NCBI GenBank assembly: GCA_040954595.2
Contig: CM082583.2
Span: 7,996,849-8,060,848 of the forward strand
Length of the DNA stretch: 64,000 nt
Source: Balanoglossus misakiensis
Taxonomy: Eukaryota > Animalia > Hemichordata
Direction: 5' to 3'
Below, piece by piece: positions 1 through 12,700 of the stretch; within the stretch, counting starts at the first letter, position 1, and each line of letters begins with the position of its first letter. Both the position numbers and the translations under genes were made by a program. The notes below the pieces were generated by a model. That model was given only the letters and a program-made list of their open reading frames with translations. It did no database searches and was not told the origin of the DNA.

Positions 1-600
1 CAAGTGCGATCAGAGACCGTCTTTTGTATGTGGCCATTCTGCCAGGTTTCAACATCTCAAAAATTCCACATCAATCTGGCTGCTAAATTGGCGAGATTTG
101 CATTTGTCTAACCTTGTATAACATCCCGTAAAAATTCACACTGGGATTTATCTGTCGCTTGGCACGACCACATTCGACAAAAACAAGTAGGGTACTATAC
201 ATGTACCATCTGCGTTTCCACTCACCAAAATCAGTCAGTTTACACTACATTGTATTATCAGCGCGTTAATGAATAATTTTGATCCGTTTTTTTGGTAGGG
301 ACAGTTAGTTTATATTGACATGCGCTAAGAATTTTTTTTGTGGAGACAGTGTTCGGAAAATATTCGAAATTTGACTAGTGTTTGTCGCGGCTTATATAAT
401 ATACTTAAAATCACACCAGATGCAGACATCTGTCACTTTCTCTGCCAAACTACATCGCTCAATTCTCACTTAAGGAGAAATTTGTGATGTGTGGTGTTTT
501 GCTTGTAGAATACGCTTGTATATGTGACACGTAGATTACCTCTGACCCATTAGATTAAGCAACAAAATTAAACCCGTGTCGGGGTGTGTGTCTATCTCTC

Positions 601-609
601 TCTGTCTGT

Positions 610-640
<31 letters not shown>
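601..640. repeat. (TCTG)/(CCTG)n tetranucleotide microsatellite
   Basis: tctgtctgtc followed by about seven cctg units. Confidence 0.9.
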
Positions 641-642
<2 letters not shown>

Positions 643-2206
643 ACTGTGCAATATCGGAGTGATCAGTGAACAGTAACTTCCATCTTAAAAATGTCAGCAC
701 ACTTAATTAAACCTTCAGGTTGACAACCCCATCCGTTTATCGGGAAATGGAACAGGCCCACTTAATTGATCCGCGCACTTCATGCATAACAATGTCTTAT
801 TTTCGTTTTGAATTGTACGTTTAATATAAAACACCAGTTGTTTTTTTCTGGATCGGCTCAAAGCTCAGAGAGACCGACTGATCTTTTCCGGCTGCAGTAA
901 AAATCTATAGTTGGGTCTGTCCACGTTTAGTGATATCTGGGCTTAGGCTAGCTTCATTCATGTTATGTGCGTAAAATTAGGGTAAAATGTGTTTTTTGTG
1001 TGCGTGGCAAATATTTCAACAGAATACATTTAAAATTAGATGAATTTGAATAAACTTCGTTTCCTATTTAAGTTAAATGAAAAGATTGATTTTCCTTAAA
1101 TTCGACTCGTTTGACTTGCCGTTGTATCCAGACAAACATTGATTAATTCTTGATGTAATATCCAATCTCAAACCATTACCTAATGATGTTAGAGACCTAA
1201 CTGTGATCAGTTGCCCTTACTTGTGTTCATTTGCGGTTGAAAGATAACGTTAGTTTATTTGGGGGCCAATTCAATCACCTGTACGTTCTTTGCATGTGAA
1301 GCAATCAGTGGCTGCACTAATTAGAATCTCCAAACTATTCCAAAGTCATCATTGTATTAATTAAGATGGCAAAATTTATAGACAGTGTTTATTTTAGCAA
1401 ATGTCTGCATGCTGTATGTAGATGGGCACGCTTCTCGTTAATAAAAAATTGTCCAATCCCTAGAAAAAAAAATATGAAGCTCCCCAAGCTGCACATGCGT
1501 CGTGGACCAACACGTGTTTTCAAGGTTCAATTTTGACAAGTTAGACTGAGAAAATCAAGATGCCTTATTTCAAGGATAATTTAAATGCTTGCCAACTCCG
1601 GACAACGTGCAGTATTTCGCAACTTGAAATTTCTCCATCGTGGCAAGGGTGTGCGACAATCATCTGCCAAAGGACATATAGAAGAGATCCACGTTGTCCC
1701 GACCTCTGCATAAATCACGTGACCACTAAAAGGTCAGAGCCGCTCGTAAAGGTAAATGCTGTAATCGTTGACGCTGTAAATCCCCGGTTGCCATTCAAGC
1801 TCTAATAAGTATGGATTATATTAATTTCTCGTTTTCTTGTCGGTTGTAAGGACTGGTTAATTGACTGCCAACTCCCTCAGGCGGCCAATCACCAACACCT
1901 GTGCACACAGCCCATGGGCATACAACACACACTGTTGCTCACTGAAGTCAAATGTATGCCTGGGTATATGTACGCGTTGTCACATTTGTAAGCGATATGG
2001 GATATTAAATAAAATGCATTCCCACGCCCTGACACGGCAGAGAGTAGTAAGCCTGTCTCCTCGGGATTTGCGTTTTCTGAGGCTAGGTAAACACTGTTCC
2101 CGCTAGCCCTTTCATATGGGATATCGCTCTGTGTAGACTGCTAATACGCACAGAGAGAAAAGTCGTTAATTGTGTGAGACAGCACACACGGATTTAAACT
2201 ACTTAC

Positions 2207-2346
2207 CACGTCCAGGATTTGCTGAAGAGTCAATCCAAATTTCACCTCCAGGGCTTCAGATTCGTTGCGGATAGGTCGCTCAAGGGGATTGTAATGAGTC
2301 ATCAGATCAGTCAGTAATTGTCGTTCGAACTTTCCCTGGTGAGAGT
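2207..2346 (-). CDS. CHRNA7: Gene C coding exon 2 (140 bp), N-terminal helix of the ligand-binding domain
   Basis: Acceptor tttgcag, donor GTG|gtaagt, phase 1 to 0; encodes SHQGKFERQLL...YNPLERP...QQILDV. Confidence 0.92.
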
Positions 2347-4948
2347 CTGCAAAGATGAGGTTAAGAGAATGCATTTAGAATTGGACTGTATTTTGCACTT
2401 GCAATGTCAACAGAAGGCTGTTATAAAACTCCGTCAATGGCATTATTTCGAATCTAAAACACAAACGGGTCCTCAAGTAAAGAAATCTCGCTGGTAATGA
2501 TGCATGACCGAGGCAATTACGGAAAGAAAATGTCAGGTGTTTACGCGTGCGCCACGGGTACGACGCGGCGAGCTACTGCTGACCTCATAACCTTTTTATC
2601 GTCCATTCGGTTATGACTTAATTGCCTTTTGGTGTAATTCGTTGAACTGTGTATACTATTGCTCGCAACCGATGGCTGCGAGACTGATAGGACGATGGGG
2701 TGCAACGTTCATGGATGAACTTACAAAGAGTACGAAGCCGGCTGACAGGAAATCCCAGCGTGTTATTTTCCTATGCATGCTGCATTCAAATATGCACATA
2801 CATGTACTGGTTGAAATGTCGCCGTTAGGTAGTTAACCGAAGCTCGAGCCGCAACTGACGACTGGTAGAGCTGGCAGGTACAACAGAAGAACGCACGTCC
2901 AACCAAACACGGACACGAACGGAAACAGTGACTCTGTACCTTGGAGCATGGTACCTCCATGCTTTGAGCAACACGCGGTGACCAGAGGAACGCTGGCAGA
3001 AGAATGGAGACCCCATAACCTGAAGCATCACCCTTTTATATGTCCAGTTTTGCATCTTGTCTGTTTCAATCGCGGTCTCAAAATCTGATTGGCGTAATCG
3101 ATGTCAACCAACAGATGCAGCACTTGCAATATGCTAATAACCCGCTCAGTTACCTGCATGTTTCTACAACATGTAAATTCGCTGAACTATCGTTTACCCA
3201 ACATACCGGGTAATTCAAAAAACCAATAGTCGCAGAACACGGTTGAACTTCGAAAACATCGTGTTTGCAGCCAAGTTGAACGTTCGATCGTGGAATGGAG
3301 AATGAAAAGCCAGTCTGTTTGTTTAAGAGCACTTAATAACTTATCGGATGCATGGAGATTTTATTTCGAGCGACTGAACGATTGACAGAATGTCAGAGCA
3401 ATCTGGTATAGCCCTGGGCACTGACTCAGCCATTTAAGATGCGTTTCAATTACGGAAGAGATAATTGACAGATGCTGCGGCTGTCGCGCAATGTGGACAC
3501 GGTTGCTAAGGGTGGGGGATTCGCGTGTGTGCGTGTACTTTCGAATGATGAAATCGCAACAATGCGACAGATAGCAATATGACTGGCGAAAATAGACATC
3601 ATCCATGTCACACATCTGACAACAACGTGCACAATCAGCCCAGAAAAAATGGCCTCTCCCGCAGGAATAGCTAAAACGACAGTTGTCTGTTGGAATCGCG
3701 TATGATGTATCGCGCCTTGACACCCGACAAAGCCGGCAATAACCCCAATACCACCACTGGTTGTTCATATGTAATTTGATCGCTCTTGATATTACCTGAA
3801 ACACCACGGCGCCCAAGTACTTCTTGGCTCTAACTCTAACTAATATACTAATATTTATCGCACAAATTGCGTTCACAGCGTGCCATTCGAACCAATGACG
3901 ACATAAGGACACACGCCCCGCGCGGACGAATTGTCATCTGCTATAAAACATAAACATTCAGGAGTAGGCCTGCATGTACAATGTACACTAACCATCGTGA
4001 TTGTGGTGGTCAGATGGGATTTCCAATTATTAAAAATGATCCTTTGTTTTTTGCGGCATGTCGTGCTCAAACCTGTATTTCAAAATACAACCGGCCTCCT
4101 CATTGACGTGCAAATATTTCTTTGTTCATTTAACACATCCTTCATTGATCAGTCTGAGGCCTGTCGCGCAAAAAGGTCCCTAGAGCTTCGCGTTGCGCTG
4201 ATCACATTCAGTTCAGAATTGACGGAATTGGGGAAAAACAATCAAATGTGTGCTCTTTCTTTAAAAAATGATATTTTAGTAATCATTATAATATAAATTT
4301 AATAAATATCATGAATCAAATCTGCAAGGTAGTGTTTTCTTTGTGGGGTTAAGGCATATACCAACATGAGCGGGTACCAGCGGGGGTGTACAGTTCACAA
4401 TACGGCTATTCCCTGTTGCCAACCAGGGACTCAATTAAAGTGATATCACTCCATTCGCGCACATGCATGCAGGCCGAACGGCAAACATTATCGCCAGGGT
4501 TTAAACAATAATAGAGACAATCGCGTCGATGACAGCACACGGCACACGTGACGGCGGTTTGTTAACTTAACGCCTGGAAACATGTTTGACCACTTTCATT
4601 CAATTGGAACATCTGAGCCGCGCGTACGTGTGATGTTCCATAAATTGCAATTTTAGTCGAATGAAGTATATGTATATGTTATACAGTACCCAGGAGGTGC
4701 GTTAATATTACTATATATAGGTTAGCTACTGTAACACAATTCGCTGGCCAGCTTTTATTTATAGTTTTTTTCTGTTCATTAGTGTGGGTATGCTGATTGT
4801 TCTCGATATGTTCCTTCATGCCCGCCCATATATCGCCAATTTGTGCTATAGCTCAAATAACGATGAGTTAATAACAAAACCAGTCACACTTACCTCGTAC
4901 GTACAAAAGTAGCACGAAGCCCACGAACGATATCACTGTCCGACGCAT
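2207..4948 (-). CDS. CHRNA7: Gene C: alpha7-type nicotinic acetylcholine receptor subunit, 5' part only (exons 1-2; continues beyond the left edge)
   Basis: Exons 4894-4948 + 2207-2346 splice in frame to MRRTVISFVGFVLLLYVRDSHQGKFERQLLTDLMTHYNPLERPIRNESEALEVKFGLTLQQILDV. YNPLERP and the 55/140-bp exon sizes match CHRNA7. The symbol means alpha7-like, not proven orthology. Confidence 0.85.
4894..4948 (-). CDS. CHRNA7: Gene C coding exon 1 (55 bp), signal peptide
   Basis: accATG start, MRRTVISFVGFVLLLYVR, donor GAG|gtaagt, phase 1 joins exon 2 as GAC. Confidence 0.85.
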
Positions 4949-7166
4949 GGTTGGCACTTGATGATTGTCAATTCCGCTTCTGCATATAAAAACGTTAATA
5001 TGTAGGTTACCTACTGGCTGGACTCCTCCAGACCTGCGCACTTTAAACTAGTGAGTGTACGTGCCGGCGGGGGACGCACCGCGACTCCACTTCGCAGCCA
5101 TGTGCGCAGCGAAATAAGCCGTGCCACTTGTCATTCAGTTGGCTCCGTCTCTGCGTATTGAGTATTTCGGTCACGTGGGGTCGGGTTTCGTCGGGCATCC
5201 GAGAGCTCACGAGGAGACCCCCACAGTTCCTGACGAAGATCACCTGATTGACAATCTACACACGCGATCGACGTCGACTTTGATTATCATTTATGACTGC
5301 CTGCTGTTTATGGGATTATGAAATATGATTGCTAATAAAATAATAAGACAAAGATGAAATAAATGTTTAATACATGTCGCATGTCTAAGCTCAAGTAACA
5401 CGACATTTTTTTTAAACTTATGACTTTTCCGAGCAAACATATTCTGTTCAGGCAAACGACGAGTACACGTCCTAATTATTTAGTTGGCAATAAATCTATT
5501 TGACCGTGGTAATTCGATTAAAGGTCCTATTATACATTCCAGAAAGTCACCGAGCCACAAAACCGTTGTCAGATGGCTATTCTGTGTGATGGTACATGCG
5601 CCCTCAACGTTTATTTGTGTCTGGAAACTGCCGGTTCGCATTGTCTTTACACGACAGCAGAATTTCAAGCCAGGCACGACACAATTTTTTCCCCAGATGT
5701 TCGATTATTCCAAATTTCACATAATGAAACATTTACGTCATTTGTATAAAATAAAGCAGAGTGAGCCTATCATTGTAAATATGTTTAATACATATGAATC
5801 TGACGTCATGCGACGACCATTTTGCCCACAAGCTTGGCAAAATGGTCGCCAGACCCCATGTATAGCTGGCTATGCCCAGACGTCTGTATAATCATGTCCG
5901 ATTTCCTGATCTCCAAAGTCGGGCACGACCCAATTTAACCCTGATAATTAATATAAAACGGTCTTGCTGTGTACCACGACATGTTTTCCCATCTTCAACA
6001 TGCTGTAAAGAGCGGACGGTCGTCAGATGGGGTAGACAGAAAGGTCGACAAGCCTTCCCAGTGGCGCGGATCCAACACCCCCGTGATATGCGGCGACCGA
6101 TACTTGACACCAGCAGCTGTTGACGATCGAGGTATTACGAAGCAGTTGGAAAAATCTCCGTGTCGTAAACAAAAAACGATATGATTTGTGTAGGAATCTT
6201 GGCGGCCCGCCATCTAGCCGGAGGGCACGACTGTGTGGTTATGTCAAAGCTGACGAGAATGTCGCCAGTTTGTATGACATAATGCTCCGTTGAGTAATGT
6301 CGAAACAGGAAACGTCTTTGACGCTTCGAATGATTAAAAATACAAGTGGATTTTTCAGCCCTGTGGTTGTTTTTGTTTCTCGCGAAACTAAACTATCTTA
6401 TGCAACCGGCCGTAAGCTATATATCACTCACATCCTGCCATGGGCAGAAAATACTAATCCTAGTGACATAATCTCGAGTACTGACTAATTTTATGGTCCA
6501 TGGAATAATTGTTGTTATTGAAGTATTTATTATTATGTCTGTAAGAATGCAGAATTAAATCAAGAACTCGTCAAAAATGGTCATGTTCCCAGGTTGGAAT
6601 ACATATCGTATCATTACTACACGTATACACCGCCCTCTGTCGGCACCGTTTTAGGATCATACACACTGCCAAATGTCAGTACGTAGCCAAGAGCCGCACA
6701 TGAACTGTGTAGAACGAGGAACCTAATCCGTAATTTCCGCAGTCGACCTGGAAATGGCCGGTAAATCTCCACGACTGGGCTTTTAAAGACTATTACAAAT
6801 ACTCTATAGGATTTGTGTCTGTCAACTCGAATGTTCTGGAAAACCGAATCCCAGATTCCATGATACATGTACATTGTGCTGCGGCGCGAGTATATTGAAC
6901 CAAACGAACCAATGCATGGTATGAAGAAGCCGGAGAGTATTAATAATGGAGCTTTCCACTAAATGACAGGCTATATTGGAACTGAAGTTAATTGGCTAGT
7001 TTGACATGTGAACAGAACCCCCAGATATAAAATTACTCACCGGTGATATTAAACATCGATTTTTACCCAGTGAAGACGTACAAGAGATTTACATTTTAAC
7101 TTTGATGCAAATTTAGCCGCCCCTACGGAATTGTATCGGGGCCAATTGATTCAGTGTTATAAAGTG

Positions 7167-7220
7167 CAATACATCATAATGCAATACAATACAATATAAT
7201 ACCATACAATACAATACAAG
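7167..7220. repeat. Degenerate (ATACA)n pentanucleotide repeat
   Basis: caatacaatacaatataataccatacaatacaatacaag. Confidence 0.7.
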
Positions 7221-9298
7221 ACGATACGAAAAGTCATGTATCAAAGACGGTGATATTAAAAGGATAAATGTAGATATTTATTGCCATTATCGATAACAAC
7301 GTCTACAAAACATTGCGTTTCCAAAATATCTGGTGTACAGACAAGAAAGTATTTGAATCACGTGGTGTTACCATGAAGTCTATAGCGACTATACCCCGAC
7401 TATTTTTGAAACATCAACTTCTTATCATTCCGTTTTAAACCAAGATCAATACTCTAAGTCTATACATTTTATCAATTCTTCACACACGTATATCATTAAT
7501 CTTGCGTGAAGGCAAGATATTGAATTTCCGACGTAAGCTGGCGCTATGTTTCTTTGCTACGGTGGGTAAACTGGCTATGCCAGATGTCTAGTAGTTTTGC
7601 TTGGTGGTGTACCCGGTCGGGTCACACTCACAGTATAAAAACCTCACTGCCAATCTATCTAGTACCTCGCAATAAGGAGATAAATATGTAGAGGATCGAA
7701 ATACCACAAGACATATCTGGGTTCTAGTCTGAGCTGACTCGTATGTAGCTTAACTTGACCCAAGCAAGTATTTCTTTGACCTTGAACAGAATCGGTAATA
7801 TTTCGTTTATGATGTCGTGTCCTAATTCTGATTTTCCTGTACATGGTGTCCTTAAAATACAACAGTGGAAACATTGGTTTTGCATTTATTTTAAGGTGGG
7901 TTAATAAACACATGCGGCATGAGAAAATGTTGCCATAATGATACATATTATAACTCTTAAATACATGGAAACCCGTGTGTGTAGCATTCACGTCTCGAAT
8001 GCTGAGCAATTTCCCACGTATAAGTAACGGAATAAATATTAGTAATCACTTCATGACAAAAATACAGGAAGAGAGCCGTCAGAAAAAAATCCCGCGGGGT
8101 TATACCGAAAAAAACCTACAATACTATCTCTAGACTGAGTCGAGTTATTGTTATGCCTCAAAACACGTCTGGTAATCGCTCTCCCGATTGAAGATGTAAA
8201 TAAAGGCAGACGGATAGGAAAGTTCCCGTGGCGACCTGTTATCAGATGACATTAATTAAAATGGAAGATGGATTGAAAAATGAATCGGCAAAGCATTCGT
8301 ATATATTGCATGATGGTGCATTATTGTTCTTTGAATTCAATGAAACACGTCTATACCTATTTATCATTCTATGTTGAAGAACGACATCGCTGCTATACAA
8401 CGTAGATCAAATTTTAACATTTTTAGAGAGATTTGTCTCGACAGGTCTATATCAGTATTTTGTAAATTTTGTGAGAAAATACAGTTGAAATTCAGTTGAT
8501 ATCAAATAGGAATGTGGTTTTAATCCGTCATGGCGGGAAGTATTTTATCTCAAACAGGCATGCATTGTCACATTCCCATATTAAGCTTTAAGGTGTAAAT
8601 AAGCAAAATGTATGTTTCCTGTACTAACATGCACTCCAGAAATAGAGTTTTGAACTAGGGTAGGTCGGATTAGCGGAACCACACATTTCTGGACGTAACT
8701 AAAAACTACCACCACAATCATTGACATCGTTTTGTAAATCATATTCTCAGTGTCAACCGGCTTACCCCGTGGTGCGTTTAGAGGCCCGGTTGTCTAGGTA
8801 CTAGATGAAATGCGCGCACACAGTACCACAAATGTAAGTCGTCGAGAAGCAAAAGCATCGTGAATGTAGTAAATTCCACAGTTTCCTATACCATACCCCA
8901 TCGTAATGGTAGAGTCCTTCTAGATGAATGTAACGTTTCATTGCATATCTGAAAAAAATCTCGATATTTACACATGATCTTCTCGCGGTGACGTAACGAT
9001 TCCTCGGACTTGCGAGAGTTAACATCCAACCAATGAAGTGATCTCTGTATTGCGCTGGTGTATTCCCACGTTTTACAATGTCACGAATGTCTACACAGTA
9101 TACGTGTAGTTCACGTGTTTGTAGAATATTCGTAGGCTGTTTCAGATTTCGTCAGCAGCGCAAATGCAAGACACGCACACATGCGCACCAACTTCCTAAT
9201 TTTTCTGAACGACTACTACTGAGTCAAGCAGCAATCCAACTTCGAAGCAAGCAAGAATAACTCTCGCCATTTCATCGTAACAATGTGCTCTCTCTGAG

Positions 9299-9799
9299 TT
9301 ATAGACCAGCCAGGATGTCTTCTCTAGCGTTTGGCGCAGCAAAGATGATCACAAAAGAGCTGATTGTGGTAAATAGAAGAAAGAGGATAAGACACAGTCT
9401 GTCCATCACCAGACAAGCGTACTTCCAGTCCGATAGTGCGGCCGTCTGCTCATCATCCTTTCTTATATGATCGGTGATGAATCTCAATTCTTTTAAAATG
9501 GCGTCCGTGCTGCGAGATCTGACAATCGTCGCGTGGCCATTGCACATTGCCTCTTTAGTCACAACAGGCTTCGTATCGTCTTTGTTCTGACTGTTTCTTC
9601 GGTACCGCGTGTAAATGTGCTTTTCGGGCTTCTCGCCACAAGGGGGCGCTATGAATTCGTTCATCTCCAGGTCGATGCTTTTCACGGGGTCGTAGGCTTC
9701 GTACTTCCCCGACCTACGTCTGGCGTTGCTCTTCGACTTGTCTCCATAGCGACGCATTCTCATCATCCAGGGTAACCACTCCAAGAAGATGGACCTTGT
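9299..9799 (-). CDS. CHRNA7: Gene B last exon: intracellular loop, MA helix, M4, stop
   Basis: Acceptor tttttag|ACA; [11 protein letters not shown]...[13 protein letters not shown]...[17 protein letters not shown]; TAA at 9299-9301. Confidence 0.93.
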   Translation of the reverse strand, partial: TRSIFLEWLPWMMRMRRYGDKSKSNARRRSGKYEAYDPVKSIDLEMNEFIAPPCGEKPEKHIYTRYRRNSQNKDDTKPVVTKEAMCNGHATIVRSRSTDAILKELRFITDHIRKDDEQTAALSDWKYACLVMDRLCLILFLLFTTISSFVIIFAAPNAREDILAGL

Positions 9800-12700
9800 C
9801 TAAAAAGGGGTAAAAGCAAACACGAAAGTTGACTGGGCATTCTTGTAACTACTAAGAGAATCCGGGCATTCAGGCCAACATAATCATGGAGTGGGAAGTT
9901 CAAAGGTCATGGCCGTAGAATACGTTGGGACTTTCGAGACTCCTTGAAAAGTGGTACTCACGAGACGGGACATGTTAGCCTGGTCCGGATGGCGGTAGTG
10001 GAAGTTGAGACCGATGATTGTGAAGAGGACAGACATGCCGACGATGATCATGGCACACCCATAGTACTTTGCTGAAACGAAAACAGAAAATTGTGATCAG
10101 TTGTCGTCTGGACAGGAAGACCCAATTTTAATTTTGCGTGCGTTTACTATTAAAAATCAGGACACCTTTATAAAGATATGAGTACATATGTTGATTTTGA
10201 TTCAGAAATGAATGTTTATGGAGGCCACGTACAGCTGTGCTGCGAATTTGTATAGTAATTCTGTCAACCGGCAAATAGATGGTATACTGTGCGTATACTC
10301 ACCAACTAGGGGAACCACTTCGGAGGTCGGCGGCATTGTCTCAGCGATCAACAGCAAGAAAACCGTCATCGAGAGCAGAATTGTAATCCCTAGGGGCAAA
10401 TAATACATCACGACATCAGAAAGGCTCATCAATTTTCAAGGAATGATAAAAAGGCTAATTCATAACCATTTCAATAGATTTCTATTAACACCAAAGGAAT
10501 CACGATTCACTCGATATGCGCGTAACAAGAGAAAAATCATGATGAATGGGATTCACATTGGTTTCTCATTCTGTGTTTCTGGTGTTAATTTATCATTTCA
10601 GACTACACTTATTTATCTTGTTCTCGTCCCTTTCAGCGCGCCATTTATGCTTTTAAGGAGTGTGTTGCCCAAATATGTGCGACTCGACGACAACGACCAA
10701 GCCGTTACCCATCCTACCTAGGGTCAACTTTTCGCCCGAATCAGCAGGCAACGTGAAACCAAATATGGCCATCGTCGTCATCAGTGCACACGGTATAATC
10801 AAGTTGAATCCGTAGTAGAGGGTCCGTCTCCGAATGTGAATGTAGAATGTTATGTCTGGGTAGGGCTCCGGGCAGCACGGGTATTTGAACTCGCTACGCA
10901 CCGCAGGGACACCTGTGGAAAGGAAATAAAAAAAACATCCGTTAGTTGCCTGTTGATGAAGTGCATGTACTTCATGTTAATTTTGAACAGCCAATAATAT
11001 CCCTCTATGTAGCATAACATAACCCTGCAATAATCAACGTTTCGAAGGTAATTACTTGTGGGTTTTTTTTTCCAATGGAAAGTTATTGATACAGTTAATG
11101 TAAATGACACTGATTTCTCATTATAAATCACTTTATTACATTGGCTGTCGATTTATACTTCATTAGCGATATTAATGTGTATGCCACCACCTATTCGGGT
11201 TGTAGTAAATCAGGTGCGTTGGTCTACTTTGTTTCAAAATGAGCAAAGTAGACGTGTCTCCGTACAATCAGCAGACCGTGGCGTGCTATCACGTTTTCAA
11301 GATCGGCTAATAAGTTCGAACGATGAAGTGACGTGTTGTACCGACACTTTCCACGGGTGGTTGTTGAACTGGAGTCTGGTGAAATCGTCGTGACACTCTG
11401 TACAAAGAAGGACTTTTCCTAGCTCATCCAACCAAAATATAAAACAAACCGAACACATTTCACTTGCTAAAAACACTGGGTGCGTGGCCTCACCTATTAA
11501 ATCCCATTCACCATTGGGAATGAACCCCTCGGTGTCTCCCGCCTCGTAGAGCTTCTGCAGATCCACTTTGAAGCCGTCGTAGGTCCACGACCCGAACTTC
11601 AGGATGCACTTCTGTTCGTCGAACGGGAAGAACTCGATGTCGATCTCGCAGTTGCTCTTGACGATGCCGGGAGGGATGTACTGGCAGAGGCCGTTGCTGT
11701 TGATGAGGACGTTGGTTGGGAACATTCCGTTGAACCGCTCGTCGGCGCTGGGGGAAGAGAGGAAAGAATTTGCAGATTTTTTTGAGATTTTCAGATAAAC
11801 AGGTTTTGGAAACCGTTTGTTTAAGGTGTAATAAAAGCTTCAAAGATTGGTATTTATTTTGATAAATGTTTTGTAGCTAAGCTTCATGTTCTTTGAGCTC
11901 ATTTTGAAATAATTTAACTGATGATAAATGCATATGAATTCACATTCAAGGAATCTGCTAGTTTGGTACACATACCGGTATAATTAATTGGACTCGGCAT
12001 AAAATGATGGCTTACAAAAATAGATATCCTCGCTGTGAAATACATGTATTTACATCAAATAAAATTATCTGGATCGTAGACAAACATATTGAAATACAAA
12101 ACATATATGAGACAGACTGAAATTTCCCCCTCAGTGGCGAGGGGAACAATCCATCATTTTAATCAGACTTATGACCACAGTAAAAGAATGTTCAGGAATT
12201 TCAATTTGGCTTTGACAAATAACTTGCGTAAGATCAATTCCCCCTTTGCCCTCCTTGATTGAAGAACACAAGATTGTGTAATGCGAAAGCAACAGCTGGG
12301 ATACACATAGGTATACGGGATTAGCGGAATCTGAGAGCGGTGGTGAATGACGCCGAGCCCCGCAGTGGTATCACAAGCGCACGTGTCCATGAGACACGCA
12401 CAATGGTGAGTGATTTGCAGTTAACTTTCGTCATCCGTGGCCGTGGTCTGTCTGTTCGGCGGCCAGAAGGACAAGGACATTCTACAACAATGGGTGAAGG
12501 ACGCTGCTAATAGGGCGAAGGACAATACTATCTCCACAACGGAGATTTTAACGTCATTTCAAATCGCTATATTTAGCAGAGAAAGCAGTATCCTTAACCC
12601 AATTTTGCAGAGATTTAGTTATCATACACCCTCTTGCGCGGAGATAATACATGTAATACTGTCCTTCACTTTAAAGGCGAAATTATCGTGCGTCATGGAA

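Noticed and set aside
1-2206. Search for gene C exon 3 (DEKNQ...W, 45 bp)
   Set aside because: No matching exon found by eye. It most likely lies beyond the window edge, so gene C cannot be called a pseudogene.
3361-3912. 183-aa minus-strand ORF in gene C intron 1
   Set aside because: No domain-like features, codon bias or convincing splice context; the length is compatible with chance.
6616-9110. 13-bp inverted match (actacacgtatac at 6616 / gtatacgtgtagt at 9098) as transposon TIRs
   Set aside because: Matches of this length are expected by chance in 64 kb; no target duplication or transposase between them.
11508-11843. Overlapping ORFs at gene B exon 5, and the similar antisense ORF 9533-9775
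   Set aside because: Alternative-frame or antisense by-products of real nAChR exons.
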